Shown here: positions 37,216 to 49,167 of the stretch, piece by piece
How the letters are laid out: each line of letters begins with the position of its first letter
Position numbering within the stretch: position 1 is the first letter of the stretch
Assembly: GCA_965644295.1 (NCBI GenBank)
Contig: CBFFRP010000435.1
Location: 124,001-188,000 of the forward strand
Direction: 5' to 3'
DNA from: Paraphysomonas bandaiensis
Lineage: Eukaryota; Protista; Chrysophyceae
DNA: 64,000 bases
Program-made: the position numbers and the translations under genes
The notes under the pieces: model-generated
What the model was told of the DNA's origin: nothing
The model's database searches: none
Seen by the model: the letters and a program-made list of their open reading frames with translations, nothing else

Positions 37216-38728
37216 CTATGGCTGCAGACGAAAAATTGACCACTCAGCCGCCGACAAATTTCCTTGAGTTGGCTTCTTTTCATACACAATACGGTCATGC
37301 ATGCGACTTTTGCGGCCCTGATGTTAAACAAAAGAGTAAACCACATTTCCCACAATGAAACACACAACACATACAGCAATTAAAACAAGAACTAGAGCAC
37401 TGCCTATAGACAGTAATGTTGATGTCCTTTGCAGATGTGTACCTTCCAGAATTCAATTCTATGAGGAACCAGCCTGTACCCACCCCAATTTAGCGGTCGT
37501 GGAATCAATTGATCGGTAGCAGTGTACGCGGAGAGTTTGGTTTTGGCTTGTTGCTCCTGACGATCAAGTTCATCTCTGGATGCAATTTTCTGCGACTGAG
37601 TACTGGACCATGCGCCTATCTAATATATACAAAACATGCATAAATTGCAAGTATAAAACTATCAAAATAACCCACTTGGCTTCCAACTGGGCGTGAGTGA
37701 AAATACTCATCGGACTCCTCCGCTGACACCTTTACACGCATTGAGACACATCAGGTTGAGAACATCTCTTTCAATACATCCAGAACATACAGAAACAACT
37801 GGTACACATGTACCTTTTCTACAACTCCTTCAATGCGGACCTGACGCTCAAGGTCGCCCCACCAGAAAGTAATCGCTGCTTTTGGGTTTCTCTCAAGATC
37901 ATTGGCTTTCCTTGATCCATAATTGGTGTACCATACAAAGCCTCTACATCACAATGTATGATCAATATAAGCACTAACCCACGGGGGTTACAAAACATTC
38001 ACTGAAGCATTTTTCACGTACAACATAGCCGCAATATATCCCCAATATGACATATGCTTTGACAAATTCGCAGAATAATAAAAAACAATAATATCACCTC
38101 GTGTCAAATCTTTTAAGTAGCACTACTCTGGCGGTAGGAACATCCGATGCACAAGTACTCAAACACATTGCGTTAGGTTCGAGCACATTAGCTTGTTTGG
38201 CCTATCAGATCCGTTAGAATACCACCCGGCAAAGTGATAAGAATACAACACATACTTCATCCATCCATTGCGTAAAAAGCTCTATTGGGTCCAATGGTAA
38301 GGATCCTTCATGAAGGCCCATGTTGGAATCTATTCACAGTGTATATTACACGCCACATGAATACCACGCGCAATGACCATAGACATGTTGGTCAATTAAT
38401 TTAACAATATCTCACTGTTGTAAATGGGTGCAACTACTTCAACACTATACCACTATGACAAATGACGGCGCTCACATACATATATATGTACATATCCATA
38501 TATATCAGTGTATTACAGTACATAAACACATCAACAGGTATCCCCATCCATATATTCGTATAGAAATATGAACGAAATAATCAATACACACATATATTAC
38601 TTACATTCCTTCCGCAAATCTGCTACAGGAGTGGATGTCGCCTGACACACAGCACTCTGTGAGTAATACTGTTTGGACATTCCAAATGCAACAAGAGCTT
38701 GTGAGAAATATCGACGTGAAGACATCAT
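37216..38728 (-). CDS. pdxH: Pyridoxine/pyridoxamine 5'-phosphate oxidase, multi-exon
   Basis: Spliced peptides [74 protein letters not shown] and RLQP*. The ORF track mostly misses it because the exons are short. Confidence 0.93.
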
Positions 38729-39056
38729 GACTAAGGAGTAGGCAATAAGCAGTAGTATTAATGTTTTCCAGTAGCAATTAGAGATAAGAGCCTCGAGATT
38801 ATCATACAGCAGTATAATAGTCGGTCGGTCTGTATATGTGTGTGTTTTCATAGAATACTCCACCCCACTTCAACTTTATACTTGCATCCCATACATCAAC
38901 ATCTCTTCTGCAATGCAGTACAGTAGTATATACCTATACAGTATACAGCCCCTGCCAAGGACTGGGACTGGTTTCGGGGAAAAACAACTTATGAATTGAT
39001 GAATCACCGCAATGAAAGTCATTCAGTGACATATCAGCTTTCACACAGTTCTAGCC

Positions 39057-39778
39057 ATGCCAACTAAGGTTGTCTTAAATGCTTTTCTCAAGCCTGTGCT
39101 GATATATGTTTTTGTATAGATGCGCCTTTTCCAGGTTGTCGGCCGCAAGGCCCCAACCCCTAACGATGAATCTCCCCAGATTTATCGCATGAAGCTCTTC
39201 GCTCCTAATGAAGTGAATGCCAAGTCCCGCTTTTGGTACTTCATGCATCAGATGCGCAAGATGAAGAAGACGACTGGCGAGATCCTTGATGTTAACGAAG
39301 TATGCTTGTTATCAGAGCTCTGTGGATTGTTATTTGTTGTTTATTGTTCTGTTCTCTATAGATTACTGAAAAGAACACCAACTACGTCAAGAACTATGGT
39401 ATTTGGATCAAGTATAACTCTAGAAGCGGCACACACAATATGTACCGCGAGTACAGAGACGTGAGCCTCAATGCTGCTATCGATACCCTCTGTAAGTTTG
39501 ACATGTCTATGACCCGCTGTATTTCTACACACGCTTTTCATGTATAATATTTATGTCGTGCAGACAATGATATGGCTGGTCGTCATCGCTCTCGATTCCA
39601 GTCTATTCAGATCATCCGCACCGCCACTGTTAAGTCTTCTGATTGCAAGCGTGTGACCACCACTCAGTTCCACGACTCCAAGCTGAAATACCCCTTGCCC
39701 CACAGAGTTGTTCGCCCTACCACTAAGCAGCTGCGCTCCAAGTACTTGGCCACCAGACCATCCACTCATTTCAATTAA
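39057..39778 (+). CDS. RPL18A: 60S ribosomal protein L18a (eL20), 4 exons
   Basis: [45 protein letters not shown] and [14 protein letters not shown]. Confidence 0.96.
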
Positions 39779-39984
39779 TTGGATACTTATGCGGTTTTGG
39801 CTAGATAGCATCTTGGTGCCTGTTGCTGTTTTGCACTGTATTTAAGATGATATAAGAAGAAAGCTTTGTCATAGCAGTCCTATTTCATGTGGGGATTTCA
39901 TGGGGGGACCACGCACACATAAACGCAGCTTTGCTCATGCAAGGTACAGACTAAGAAAATACTGATTCAAGTAGGGGTGGCTGA

Positions 39985-40181
39985 CAGGGCTGTGCATATC
40001 AATGTCTATCAATTAATTTACGCAGGCTGTAGTCAATTCTAATTGCAATTATTACTTACTGTCTCAATTTCAATTATTGCAATTAATGTGCAATTATTAG
40101 TACTAAACTACATTAGCTGCCTACAAGCTACCTCAACTTTCATTTCATTCCAGAGGCGACGGTTCATGCTGCGGGTTGCGG
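39985..40181 (-). mobile_element. Decayed hAT end (host of the LTR nest)
   Basis: CAGGGCTG start, AATTGC repeats and remnant MNRRLWNE (compare LRCNKFLWNE in the 20428 ORF). Confidence 0.6.
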
Positions 40182-41776
40182 TGTTGAGTTTTGCTGTTTG
40201 AGCAATTAAAAGCTGTAATTCTAAGATATTGGAATTATGACGGTTACTGGAGAATACAGTAGTGATGAGCTGTATTATGAGAAGTGATATCATGACGATG
40301 TAAGATCGTACTAGAAATGAGTGGTAGTAGAGATAACGTTATCAAGATATGACACAATTGGATGATTACTAAGTTAACTGGACGTGTATTTACTCATGAA
40401 TCAAGTTAAGATAAGAGAAGATTATAATAAATATAATAAACTATATATCACGTTATCTCTACTACCACTCATTTCTAGTACGATCTTACATCGTCATGAT
40501 ATCACTTCTCATAATACAGCTCATCACTACTGTATTCTCCAGTAACCGTCATAATTCCAATATCTTCGAATTACAGCTTTTAATTGCTTAAACAGCAAAA
40601 CTCAACACTCCCTCTCAATTCAAAGCTGTACATTGAATTGTCAAACCACGAGACATAACTGACGGATACGCAACCACCAAGACCTCATGAGCTGTACATT
40701 GAATCTTCACATCGCAAGACATAACTGATGGGTAGAATTACAGCTTTTAATTGCTCCAACGGCAAAACTCAACACTCCCTCTCAATTTAAAGCTGTAGAT
40801 AGACTCTTCATATCACGAGACATAACTGACGGATACGCAACCACCAAAAACCTCATAGGACAAACCGGTGGACGTATGACTCCGACGTTTCAGCAAGTCT
40901 CACCATAGACAACACATCTGAAAGATCTTCTGTCTCTGATAACAGCACGTATGATTTCTTCAACGCTAAGTCGCGAGCACCCTGGCTGTCAGGAAGAATG
41001 GAGTGGGTTCGTACAATCGAAGTCCCAGTTCGACCAACACCCCCCGAAGCCACACCAGTTCCTGCATGCCAGCAGACTGAAGCAAATCAAGGCAATTAAC
41101 AAACTTCGCATATATTGTGACTTGGTCTCTCTACAATTAGACATATTATGTTAGTTATTAGAACAGTCACTGTCATCACACAGATTGACAATCTCCTCAT
41201 CATAAAGGTTTACCTCACCCAGGGTGGACACACTAGTCAACACCCGTATGCTTACCACACAAGTCTCCCTAGACTCAGCAGGTACAGTCTCACAGACACG
41301 ATTCACGCTGATCTCACTAGACTTAGTATACACAGTATCACTAGGCAAAGTACGAAGGGACATTCTCTTCCCTGGAATCTCATCCGCCGTTTAGACTTAT
41401 TGGGCGCACCACCCGAAGCCGGCGTGTAGATGAAGATCCACCCCTTTTTTTCATCACAAAAACGAGGTTTTTATAGTACAGCCGTCTCACTAGATACAGC
41501 ACCCGCACTACTCTCTGGCAAAGTACGAAGGGACATTCTCTTCCCTGGAATCTCATCCGCCGTATAGACTTATTGTACGCTCCCCACGAAGCCGGCGTAG
41601 ATGAAGACCCACCTCTCTTGTCGTCACAAGAACGAGGTTTTTAGTACAGCCGGCGGTTATACACGTCTATATCGATTATACGATGGCCGAACTCTGCAAC
41701 AGCTCGAACCAGTGGGTCACTCTTGACAACAACCGCCTCAAGCTCATCGTCGATAGCACTCCATCTATCTCATGAG

Positions 41777-44700
41777 TGTGGGCTTGCATACATATGTGTA
41801 TGTGTGCAAAGCAATACCCAAGTACAGAAGTACAAAATAATGATTATTATCGTATAATGAATCATGAATAATACTGTCTACAATATCAACGGCTAATAAT
41901 ACTGTCTACAATATCAACGGCTATTGCTAATCCCAACAACAATCACATTCCCTACAGTTTGTATTCCTAACTACATGGTACACGTATACAATACAGTACT
42001 GTACTACTAATCATATAATACAGGACATGTACACGTATATATTCTATATGTAAGTGGATAGTCCTACACTACCTCCCCTTATAATTGATGTGTTAATGTG
42101 TTATATTGACACTCAATTCTGTAAACTTTGTTATTAATCTTCTTCATCAGAAGAATAAACCACATTTCGAGGTAGTAAATTTCTTACATTTTCATCAGGA
42201 TGTTGAGTTAGGAAATTTTGTAGAGCATACGTTTTTCTAACGTTAGCCCATGGTTCCCATGTAGGTTTTTCATACCCTATCCAATGTACTAGAAATTTTA
42301 TTTGACTTTTCGGACCTTTAGCTCGACCTTTTATTTTTGAAATATGGTCAATAGCATAAAAGTTTCCACCATCTTTACATGCCACTTGTAAGGGGTCAAT
42401 AGTAGAGGGATCGTAATTAAATTCCCTTAATTTCTTTATATGATAGTCTTTATTACGTTTAGTAACAATATCTTGAAGAGTATATTTATCTCCAATAACA
42501 TTGACTACTCGCATTGGACCTTTAAGATATGGTAATAACTTACTTGCCGGTCCAGGACGTAAAGCATTTTGTCTATGCTCAACTAACACATAAGAATTTA
42601 TTGGAAATTCTTTTGTTTGTATATTTGGTGCAGTTGCCATGTGGATTTCATCATGTTTGCGAAGATTTCGTCTTGCAATATCCATAATAGTGGACTGAAC
42701 CTTTTGTATTCTATCTATCCAATGTGATAGCTTTTGTTCGTTCCCGTCCAAGTACTCATTGTGTTCAATGAATAAACTTTTATCTAAATCTACTGCATTT
42801 CCAAATAGAATACTAGCGGGAGTAACGCCGGTGCTTCTATGTTTAGAAGAATTCATAATTCTTTGTACTAAAGGTAGATACATTGACCAATTATTTAGTA
42901 CATTTTTATCAAATATAATATTCCTTAAGTGCCTTAAAATTTCTTTATTAGCACGTTCAACTATAGCATTTTCTTCTTTAGAATACGCCATCGAAAATGA
43001 TTGATTACTTCCAACCATTTCTATCAATGATTTTGTTAAATCATCCACAAATGCTGGTCCAAGATCCGAATGAATCTCAATAGGTGCTCCATATCTACCC
43101 AGGTGTTGAAGCAATCCCTTTGCCGCCGCCATGGCAGTGAGATTCTTAGTAGGGATTAATTCTACCCACCTAGAAAAAGAATCGATAATCACTAATATAT
43201 TAGTGTATCCATCCTCATCTGGATGCAGACTCTGAATAAAATCCACTGCTATTCTTTGCATCGGGCCATATGTTGAGACAGTAAAGGGATGAGCATTAAT
43301 TATTGGTTTAATTCTACTCATCTTTTGACAACAAGGACAAGTTTTAATAAATTTTGTCACATGTGCCCCTTGCTTTGACCATTTATGACCATTGTCTCGT
43401 AATTTTTGTATTGTACGATCAATACCATGATGACCTGTAACATTGTTATGAAATCTTTTAATAATTTCCCATTCCTTGTTTGGAACTTTAATATCGGGAA
43501 TTAGGGAAGCACATTTTGTTTCCATTTTAGATTCTAATGCACATAGTCTACTAAATGCATCAGCAACAACATTATCAGATCCTTTAATATCACATAGATC
43601 ATAATCATATGCTTGGAAACATTTCAACCATCGCTGAACTTTCTTATCCTTAGCGTAATCAGTTCTCAACTGAGTAATATTTTTATGATCTGTTTTGATC
43701 GTAAAGTATCTATACCTTAATAGGTAGTCCCATTTATCTAAGGCATAGTATATAGCATATCCTTCTTTCTGAGGTGTATCCCAATTCATCATTCTTTCAT
43801 CGAATGTTTTACTGAGAAATCCGATTGGACGTTCTACACCATCTACTACTTGGTAGAGGTATGCTCCTATTCCATAATCAGATGCATCGGTCAATAAATA
43901 TATTGGTGACTCGTCATCAATGAAAAATAATGTTGGACATTCATGGATCATCAATTTGATCTTTTCAAATGCTTCATTGGCATCCTCTGTCCATTGTAGA
44001 CGTTTACGTCTATGATAGTTGAGAAGCATTTTATTTAACGGTCTCACCACTAAGGAGTGGTTGTGCACGTGATCCCGAAAATAATTTGCCAATCCGAGGA
44101 AAGATTTTAGACCCTTCATAGTTTCAGGCTTTGGGAAATTTAATACACTATCCAGACGTTCTCTAGTAAAGTGTAACCCTTCCTCATTTAGAGTATGTCC
44201 TACATATTGTACTTCGGACTCTCCTATTTTCACTTTCTCAGGATTAATGTAAACATTGTATTTCCTGAAGCGTTCTAGAACTTTAACGTAATTTTCAATT
44301 AGTTCATCTTCTGTAGAAGCATATATAATCAGGTCATCTAGATATAATTCACATATGAACATAATCAACCCGGCAAGCACAATTGTTGTTAATACTCGTT
44401 GAAAGTATGATGGAGCACCACTCAAACCCATGGGTAGTCGGAGCCATTCGAATACTCCCCAGAAGGTTATAAATGCCGTCCACTTCCTCGAGTACTCTGA
44501 AATTTTAGCCTGGTAATAACCAGATACTAAATCCAGAATTATGAAGTATTTGGGTTTCTTAGACCCAATACGTTCTAACATTTCTTTGATGTTAGGTATT
44601 GGCCAACGTTCCCTCTGTGTGTGCTTGTTTAGACTTTTATAGTCTACACAGAATCGCCATTTATCATTTGGTTTGGGAACTAATAATACCTGGCTATAAT

Positions 44701-47307
44701 AAGGAGCCGTACTTGGTTGTATTATTCCATGCTCCACAAATGTATCGATTTGCTTTTTACAAGCATACTGTCGTACTCGATCCATCTTTCGTGGCGGACC
44801 ACAATGTTTTGGTTGTTCCCAGGCATCCCTATCTACCTCTAATTCAAAAGGTGGAACATCCATTGGCATATCCGACACTGTGGTTTTAAATCTATCCTTA
44901 TAGATTTCATGGATTTCTCTCACCCTCCTTTGTAAAGATTCGGGACCAGAGATTTTAGTTGGTAACGTAGTACCTTCTACTTTTTCCTGAGTATTTGTAA
45001 CTATTTCTTCTGGGATTGACTCCAGATAGTTATCTCTAATCTCGCCTATATCTTCCTTTTCATATGCACTTATACGCATGGATGATATTGGAGGTGAATA
45101 CATAGTACTAACCAAGCTATTACTTGTAAGTAAATTATTATTATAACTAAGGTGTTCCTTAGCTTGGCGCCTTAATGTTTCCATGTTGTTATAACATGTG
45201 GCTCTCTCACTAATATGTTCCGAGAGAAGCTGAGTCTTCTCAGCATGGCCCGCGGCCGTAGCTAGCATTTTCCCTGCTAACTCTCTTTCCATAAAGTGAG
45301 ATGGAAAATGATCAACTAATCTATATTTCTTGATAGTTTCTCTACCAATTATGATATCAAAGGTGCTATCTATTATCAAACATTGCAACTCAATATCAAG
45401 AGTATTGTTATACTCATCAGTTAATCTTATAGTTATTATCATATATTGCTTGCTACTACAACAAGCATTATCAAGCGCACTACAAATTTTAATGTTACAC
45501 TCGTGCAATGGAATATTATACCTAGCAACTAACATATCAGCAAGTTCTTGGTTAATGAAATTATTCCCAGTAGCCCCCGTGTCCAATAAGGCTTTAGCTC
45601 TTAGATTTTCCTTTACCTGTTGTACATTGACATCAGCTTTAGGACATACAAAGACATCGAGCATATCATTATTCATGTCAATAGCATTTATATATAAACA
45701 CTTAGGGCATGATAACTTACTTGTTTTCGATCTCGGAGGACCATCAGGATTCTCCACATAAGGGCAGGTACTCCAACCCATAGCCGCATATTTTTTGCCC
45801 TGTGTGGAATCTTTCCATGGCTTCTTTTCATGGTTAGCCCATGCACAGGTTTTGCGGGTGCAGTCACCTTTATGAAGATTACCGCATATCCAACATGCTT
45901 CCTTAGTATCAGTTGTTGCTTTAGTACTTGAGGATGAGCTGGAGGATGAAGTTTTTGTAGTCTTAGACTTGTTAGACTTAGACGTTTCTTTGGAATCCAA
46001 TTTAGTTTCCATCCTCTTTACTTTTCTCACAGCTTGACTATAGTCATTGTTAAGCTCTCGCACCTTTCTACAGAATGCTCCGAAATCTTTTGGTGCAGAT
46101 TGACCTTGGCCTATATCCGCTATAAATTTCTCTTTGGCATCCTTTCTGAAGGAATGTCCGCCCACAAGTTTAATGTTTTTCTTGAGGGTTTTGACTATGG
46201 TATCCGAGGCTACCTCTGTGAGACTTGCCTCCGGAATGAGCTTATAAAGCTCATTCAGACGTCCATATTCTTTTAAGAATACTTTAGGAACATGAATATC
46301 CACCTTAACCTTTGGTCCAATGATATTATCTATGAACCTAGGAAGAGGCTCCAATGTATCAGAGTATCGCTCCTCTTCCTCTAGAAAGGCTTGCTTTAAC
46401 CACTGAATCAATTCCTCAGTAGTTACAATGTTTGGATCTAGCCAGTCCTCGTCAGACTCATCTCCAAAATCCTGCTGTCGCTGAAACTGAAGCATATCAC
46501 GCACTGTTGGTGCCATGATTTCTGACCTTATGAATTTTGTCCCTTTAGGATCTCTTTTCGAGAGATTTTCACAAAATTCGATGATATCCTCATCTTGCAC
46601 ACTACCTAAGTAGGGAATAGAGTCGGTATTGATTACTTCATGTGGAGTGGATTCCGTTGCAATGACTTCATTCAAGTCAATGCGCTCACTCCTGTTGGGG
46701 TGCGGATCTCCACTCCTTTGCTTCTTTCTCTTTGGTTGAGAAGAAGAGAGCTCACGAAATGATACTCCACTCAATTCTCCTTCCGCCTCTACTGATGTTT
46801 CAGTTTGAGGAGAAGATTGCATTTGAGATGATGTTGTTGCATCTCTTGCTCGTTTTCGAGAGGATTCTCTCTCTCTTTTCGTCTTTTTAGACGAAGAACC
46901 CGAAGCAGCTAACAATTCCTCTATTTGAGGAGCTGCTTTTATTTTGCTTCTCTTACTTTCCCCCATAATATTGTTATATCACAGAGATTGAGTACTACTT
47001 ATTAAGTAATATTACTGTGGGCTTGCATACATATGTGTATGTGTGCAAAGCAATACCCAAGTACAGAAGTACAAAATAATGATTATTATCGTATAATGAA
47101 TCATGAATAATACTGTCTACAATATCAACGGCTAATAATACTGTCTACAATATCAACGGCTATTGCTAATCCCAACAACAATCACATTCCCTACAGTTTG
47201 TATTCCTAACTACATGGTACACGTATACAATACAGTACTGTACTACTAATCATATAATACAGGACATGTACACGTATATATTCTATATGTAAGTGGATAG
47301 TCCTACA
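41777..47307 (-). mobile_element. Intact Ty3/gypsy chromovirus LTR retrotransposon
   Basis: Apparently identical 292-bp TG..CA LTRs (41777-42068 and 47016-47307). 4-bp TSD TGAG. PPT AAGGGGAGGTAG at 42069-42080. Confidence 0.97.
42134..46966 (-). CDS. Gag-Pol polyprotein (Zn knuckle, protease, RT, RNase H, integrase, chromodomain)
   Basis: Uninterrupted 1610 aa: CWICGNLHKGDC, LLDTGA, YLDD, TDASDYGIG, HHCC plus DDE integrase, KGPM (GPY/F module) and FLVHWIGY..PTWEP. Confidence 0.97.
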   Translation of the reverse strand: MGESKRSKIKAAPQIEELLAASGSSSKKTKRERESSRKRARDATTSSQMQSSPQTETSVEAEGELSGVSFRELSSSQPKRKKQRSGDPHPNRSERIDLNEVIATESTPHEVINTDSIPYLGSVQDEDIIEFCENLSKRDPKGTKFIRSEIMAPTVRDMLQFQRQQDFGDESDEDWLDPNIVTTEELIQWLKQAFLEEEERYSDTLEPLPRFIDNIIGPKVKVDIHVPKVFLKEYGRLNELYKLIPEASLTEVASDTIVKTLKKNIKLVGGHSFRKDAKEKFIADIGQGQSAPKDFGAFCRKVRELNNDYSQAVRKVKRMETKLDSKETSKSNKSKTTKTSSSSSSSSTKATTDTKEACWICGNLHKGDCTRKTCAWANHEKKPWKDSTQGKKYAAMGWSTCPYVENPDGPPRSKTSKLSCPKCLYINAIDMNNDMLDVFVCPKADVNVQQVKENLRAKALLDTGATGNNFINQELADMLVARYNIPLHECNIKICSALDNACCSSKQYMIITIRLTDEYNNTLDIELQCLIIDSTFDIIIGRETIKKYRLVDHFPSHFMERELAGKMLATAAGHAEKTQLLSEHISERATCYNNMETLRRQAKEHLSYNNNLLTSNSLVSTMYSPPISSMRISAYEKEDIGEIRDNYLESIPEEIVTNTQEKVEGTTLPTKISGPESLQRRVREIHEIYKDRFKTTVSDMPMDVPPFELEVDRDAWEQPKHCGPPRKMDRVRQYACKKQIDTFVEHGIIQPSTAPYYSQVLLVPKPNDKWRFCVDYKSLNKHTQRERWPIPNIKEMLERIGSKKPKYFIILDLVSGYYQAKISEYSRKWTAFITFWGVFEWLRLPMGLSGAPSYFQRVLTTIVLAGLIMFICELYLDDLIIYASTEDELIENYVKVLERFRKYNVYINPEKVKIGESEVQYVGHTLNEEGLHFTRERLDSVLNFPKPETMKGLKSFLGLANYFRDHVHNHSLVVRPLNKMLLNYHRRKRLQWTEDANEAFEKIKLMIHECPTLFFIDDESPIYLLTDASDYGIGAYLYQVVDGVERPIGFLSKTFDERMMNWDTPQKEGYAIYYALDKWDYLLRYRYFTIKTDHKNITQLRTDYAKDKKVQRWLKCFQAYDYDLCDIKGSDNVVADAFSRLCALESKMETKCASLIPDIKVPNKEWEIIKRFHNNVTGHHGIDRTIQKLRDNGHKWSKQGAHVTKFIKTCPCCQKMSRIKPIINAHPFTVSTYGPMQRIAVDFIQSLHPDEDGYTNILVIIDSFSRWVELIPTKNLTAMAAAKGLLQHLGRYGAPIEIHSDLGPAFVDDLTKSLIEMVGSNQSFSMAYSKEENAIVERANKEILRHLRNIIFDKNVLNNWSMYLPLVQRIMNSSKHRSTGVTPASILFGNAVDLDKSLFIEHNEYLDGNEQKLSHWIDRIQKVQSTIMDIARRNLRKHDEIHMATAPNIQTKEFPINSYVLVEHRQNALRPGPASKLLPYLKGPMRVVNVIGDKYTLQDIVTKRNKDYHIKKLREFNYDPSTIDPLQVACKDGGNFYAIDHISKIKGRAKGPKSQIKFLVHWIGYEKPTWEPWANVRKTYALQNFLTQHPDENVRNLLPRNVVYSSDEED

Positions 47308-48277
47308 TGAGGAACTACTCTCATCATATATAACACAATGGACACGTCTCCTCATCACTCGCACCCCCATTGACACAACCAGACACATTACTGAATCACC
47401 GTGCTTACACTCTGCACATGGGTAGACATCATTCTGATAATTATGCAGGTCTCTTCAGAGGGTTCATACATTCATCAACCACTACAACATAGCTACAGTA
47501 CATAACAATAGCAGTCATCATTTCCAGTCTACTTTTTCTGTCATGTTCGTATGAAAACCCCGATTTTCATAAATAATACTGGTTTTATATCCTATATACT
47601 GTATGTTTCTACTGTACACAGCAGTATCACTCCTGCTTCTCTGTCCAGTACATTCCAATGGTCACTTCAGCAGTTGCTTCCAACTACCATCCGCTACCAT
47701 ATCAAGATATGACACAATTGGATGATTACTAAGTTAACTGGACGTGTATTTACTCATGAATCAAGTTAAGATAAGAGAAGATTATAATAAATATAATAAA
47801 CTATATATCACGTTATCTCTACTACCACTCATTTCTAGTACGATCTTACATCGTCATGATATCACTTCTCATAATACAGCTCATCACTACTGTATTCTCC
47901 AGTAACCGTCATAATTCCAATATCTTCGAATTACAGCTTTTAATTGCTTAAACAGCAAAACTCAACAAACGTGATATATTGCTTATTATATTTATTTTAA
48001 TCTTCTCTTATCTTAACTTGAATCATGAGTGAATACACGTCCAGTTAACTTAGTAATCATCCAATTGTGTCATAACTTGACATGCGGTAAGGAGTTTGCT
48101 GATTGAGACGTGTAATAACCAGCTATTAGGTTATTCTAGTCTACAAGCTCTCTATTGTATATGCTTAAGTTTGTACATACTATCTGTGCAAACATAGATT
48201 GAATATTATTATTATTGCCATAACTCACACTAAGATATATGATATATTATGACTATGACAATTCGGGATCTATTATT

Positions 48278-48420
48278 GAACCTAGTCAAATTGGAGTAAT
48301 TTCCTAGTCACACCAAAATTGGTGTAAAAACCTAGTCAAGCGGTTGAAAAACCTAGTCATTTAATAATTCATATTTTCAGTTTACAATGACTAGGTTTTA
48401 TGGTATTCACCTAGTCAAAA
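48278..48420. repeat. CCTAGTCA motif cluster (probable transposon end)
   Basis: Five forward and one inverted CCTAGTCA copies, plus the hairpin ACACCAAAATTGGTGT. A homologous block is at 15975. Confidence 0.65.
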
Positions 48421-49167
48421 ATAAAAATTTTCATTCAAACATGGGAGCATACTCTATCCATCAATTGATAAATGTAGATGTTGTATACATGCAATACATA
48501 ACATTATAACGTTGCATTCCAATGAGAAATTGGTGACCATGTCCGGTGCAATTCCATAGCTTCCCAAGGGCCATGACATCGGTGGGTTCACCGTTGATGA
48601 GGGACCTCGCTGCATTGTGAGTCTTGATGGAGATCAACATGTGCTTCACACCAATGTTCCCTGAGCACATAATTAAGATATGTAGAGAGTTATAAATGTA
48701 TTTTACATACCTCACAAGCGATATTGGGTTTGCACTTGATTATCAAGGGATCTCCCGTACAACATACATAATATTATACTGTGATGTCTGTCATACAATG
48801 ATTAGCACTCACAAGATTGTAAAAAGTATTGTGTCATACAATGATTAACAGTCACAAGAACGCAAAATATATTGTAATATATAAATGCAGAGTACATATC
48901 TATTGCACATACCTCACTAGAGGTAGGATCAATAGCTGCTAGTACCCACAGCGCGGGCAGTTGTAGACAAGAACGATAATAATATAGGTTTCGCTCTTGA
49001 TTTTGTAAGCTTCCTCCCTTACAGCATATATATGCTGTGGTACCTATAATACAGTGATCCGTACTCTACTAAAACGCATCAGTACAATATAAAACCTAGT
49101 CATATACTTACAGTTCAGAGGACCTGAATCCAAAATACGACATACCCATAAGCCAGTCTGAAAGCAA

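Larger units (their letters stand above)
40340..47967 (-). mobile_element. Non-autonomous Ty1/copia deletion derivative
   Basis: Apparently identical 268-bp LTRs (40340-40607 and 47700-47967). TSD AACGT, PBS TGGTAGCGGA and PPT GAGAGGGAG. Copia RNase H remnant QELVWLRGVLVELG..PTP..DSQGARDLA at ~40960-41075. Confidence 0.9.
40182..48082 (+). mobile_element. Ty1/copia solo LTR split in two (40182-40339 and 47968-48082)
   Basis: TG...CA ends. 5-bp TSD TGCGG (40177-40181 and 48083-48087). It is the reverse complement of the 268-bp LTRs nested inside it. Confidence 0.9.

Noticed and set aside
38728-39057. Divergent pdxH/RPL18A pair as a functional cluster
   Set aside because: Close head-to-head spacing is common in this compact genome and there is no functional link.
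48440-48970. Possible minus-strand exon fragments with GT-AG boundaries
   Set aside because: They contain stops and I cannot assign a family; possibly a pseudogene, but not supportable.
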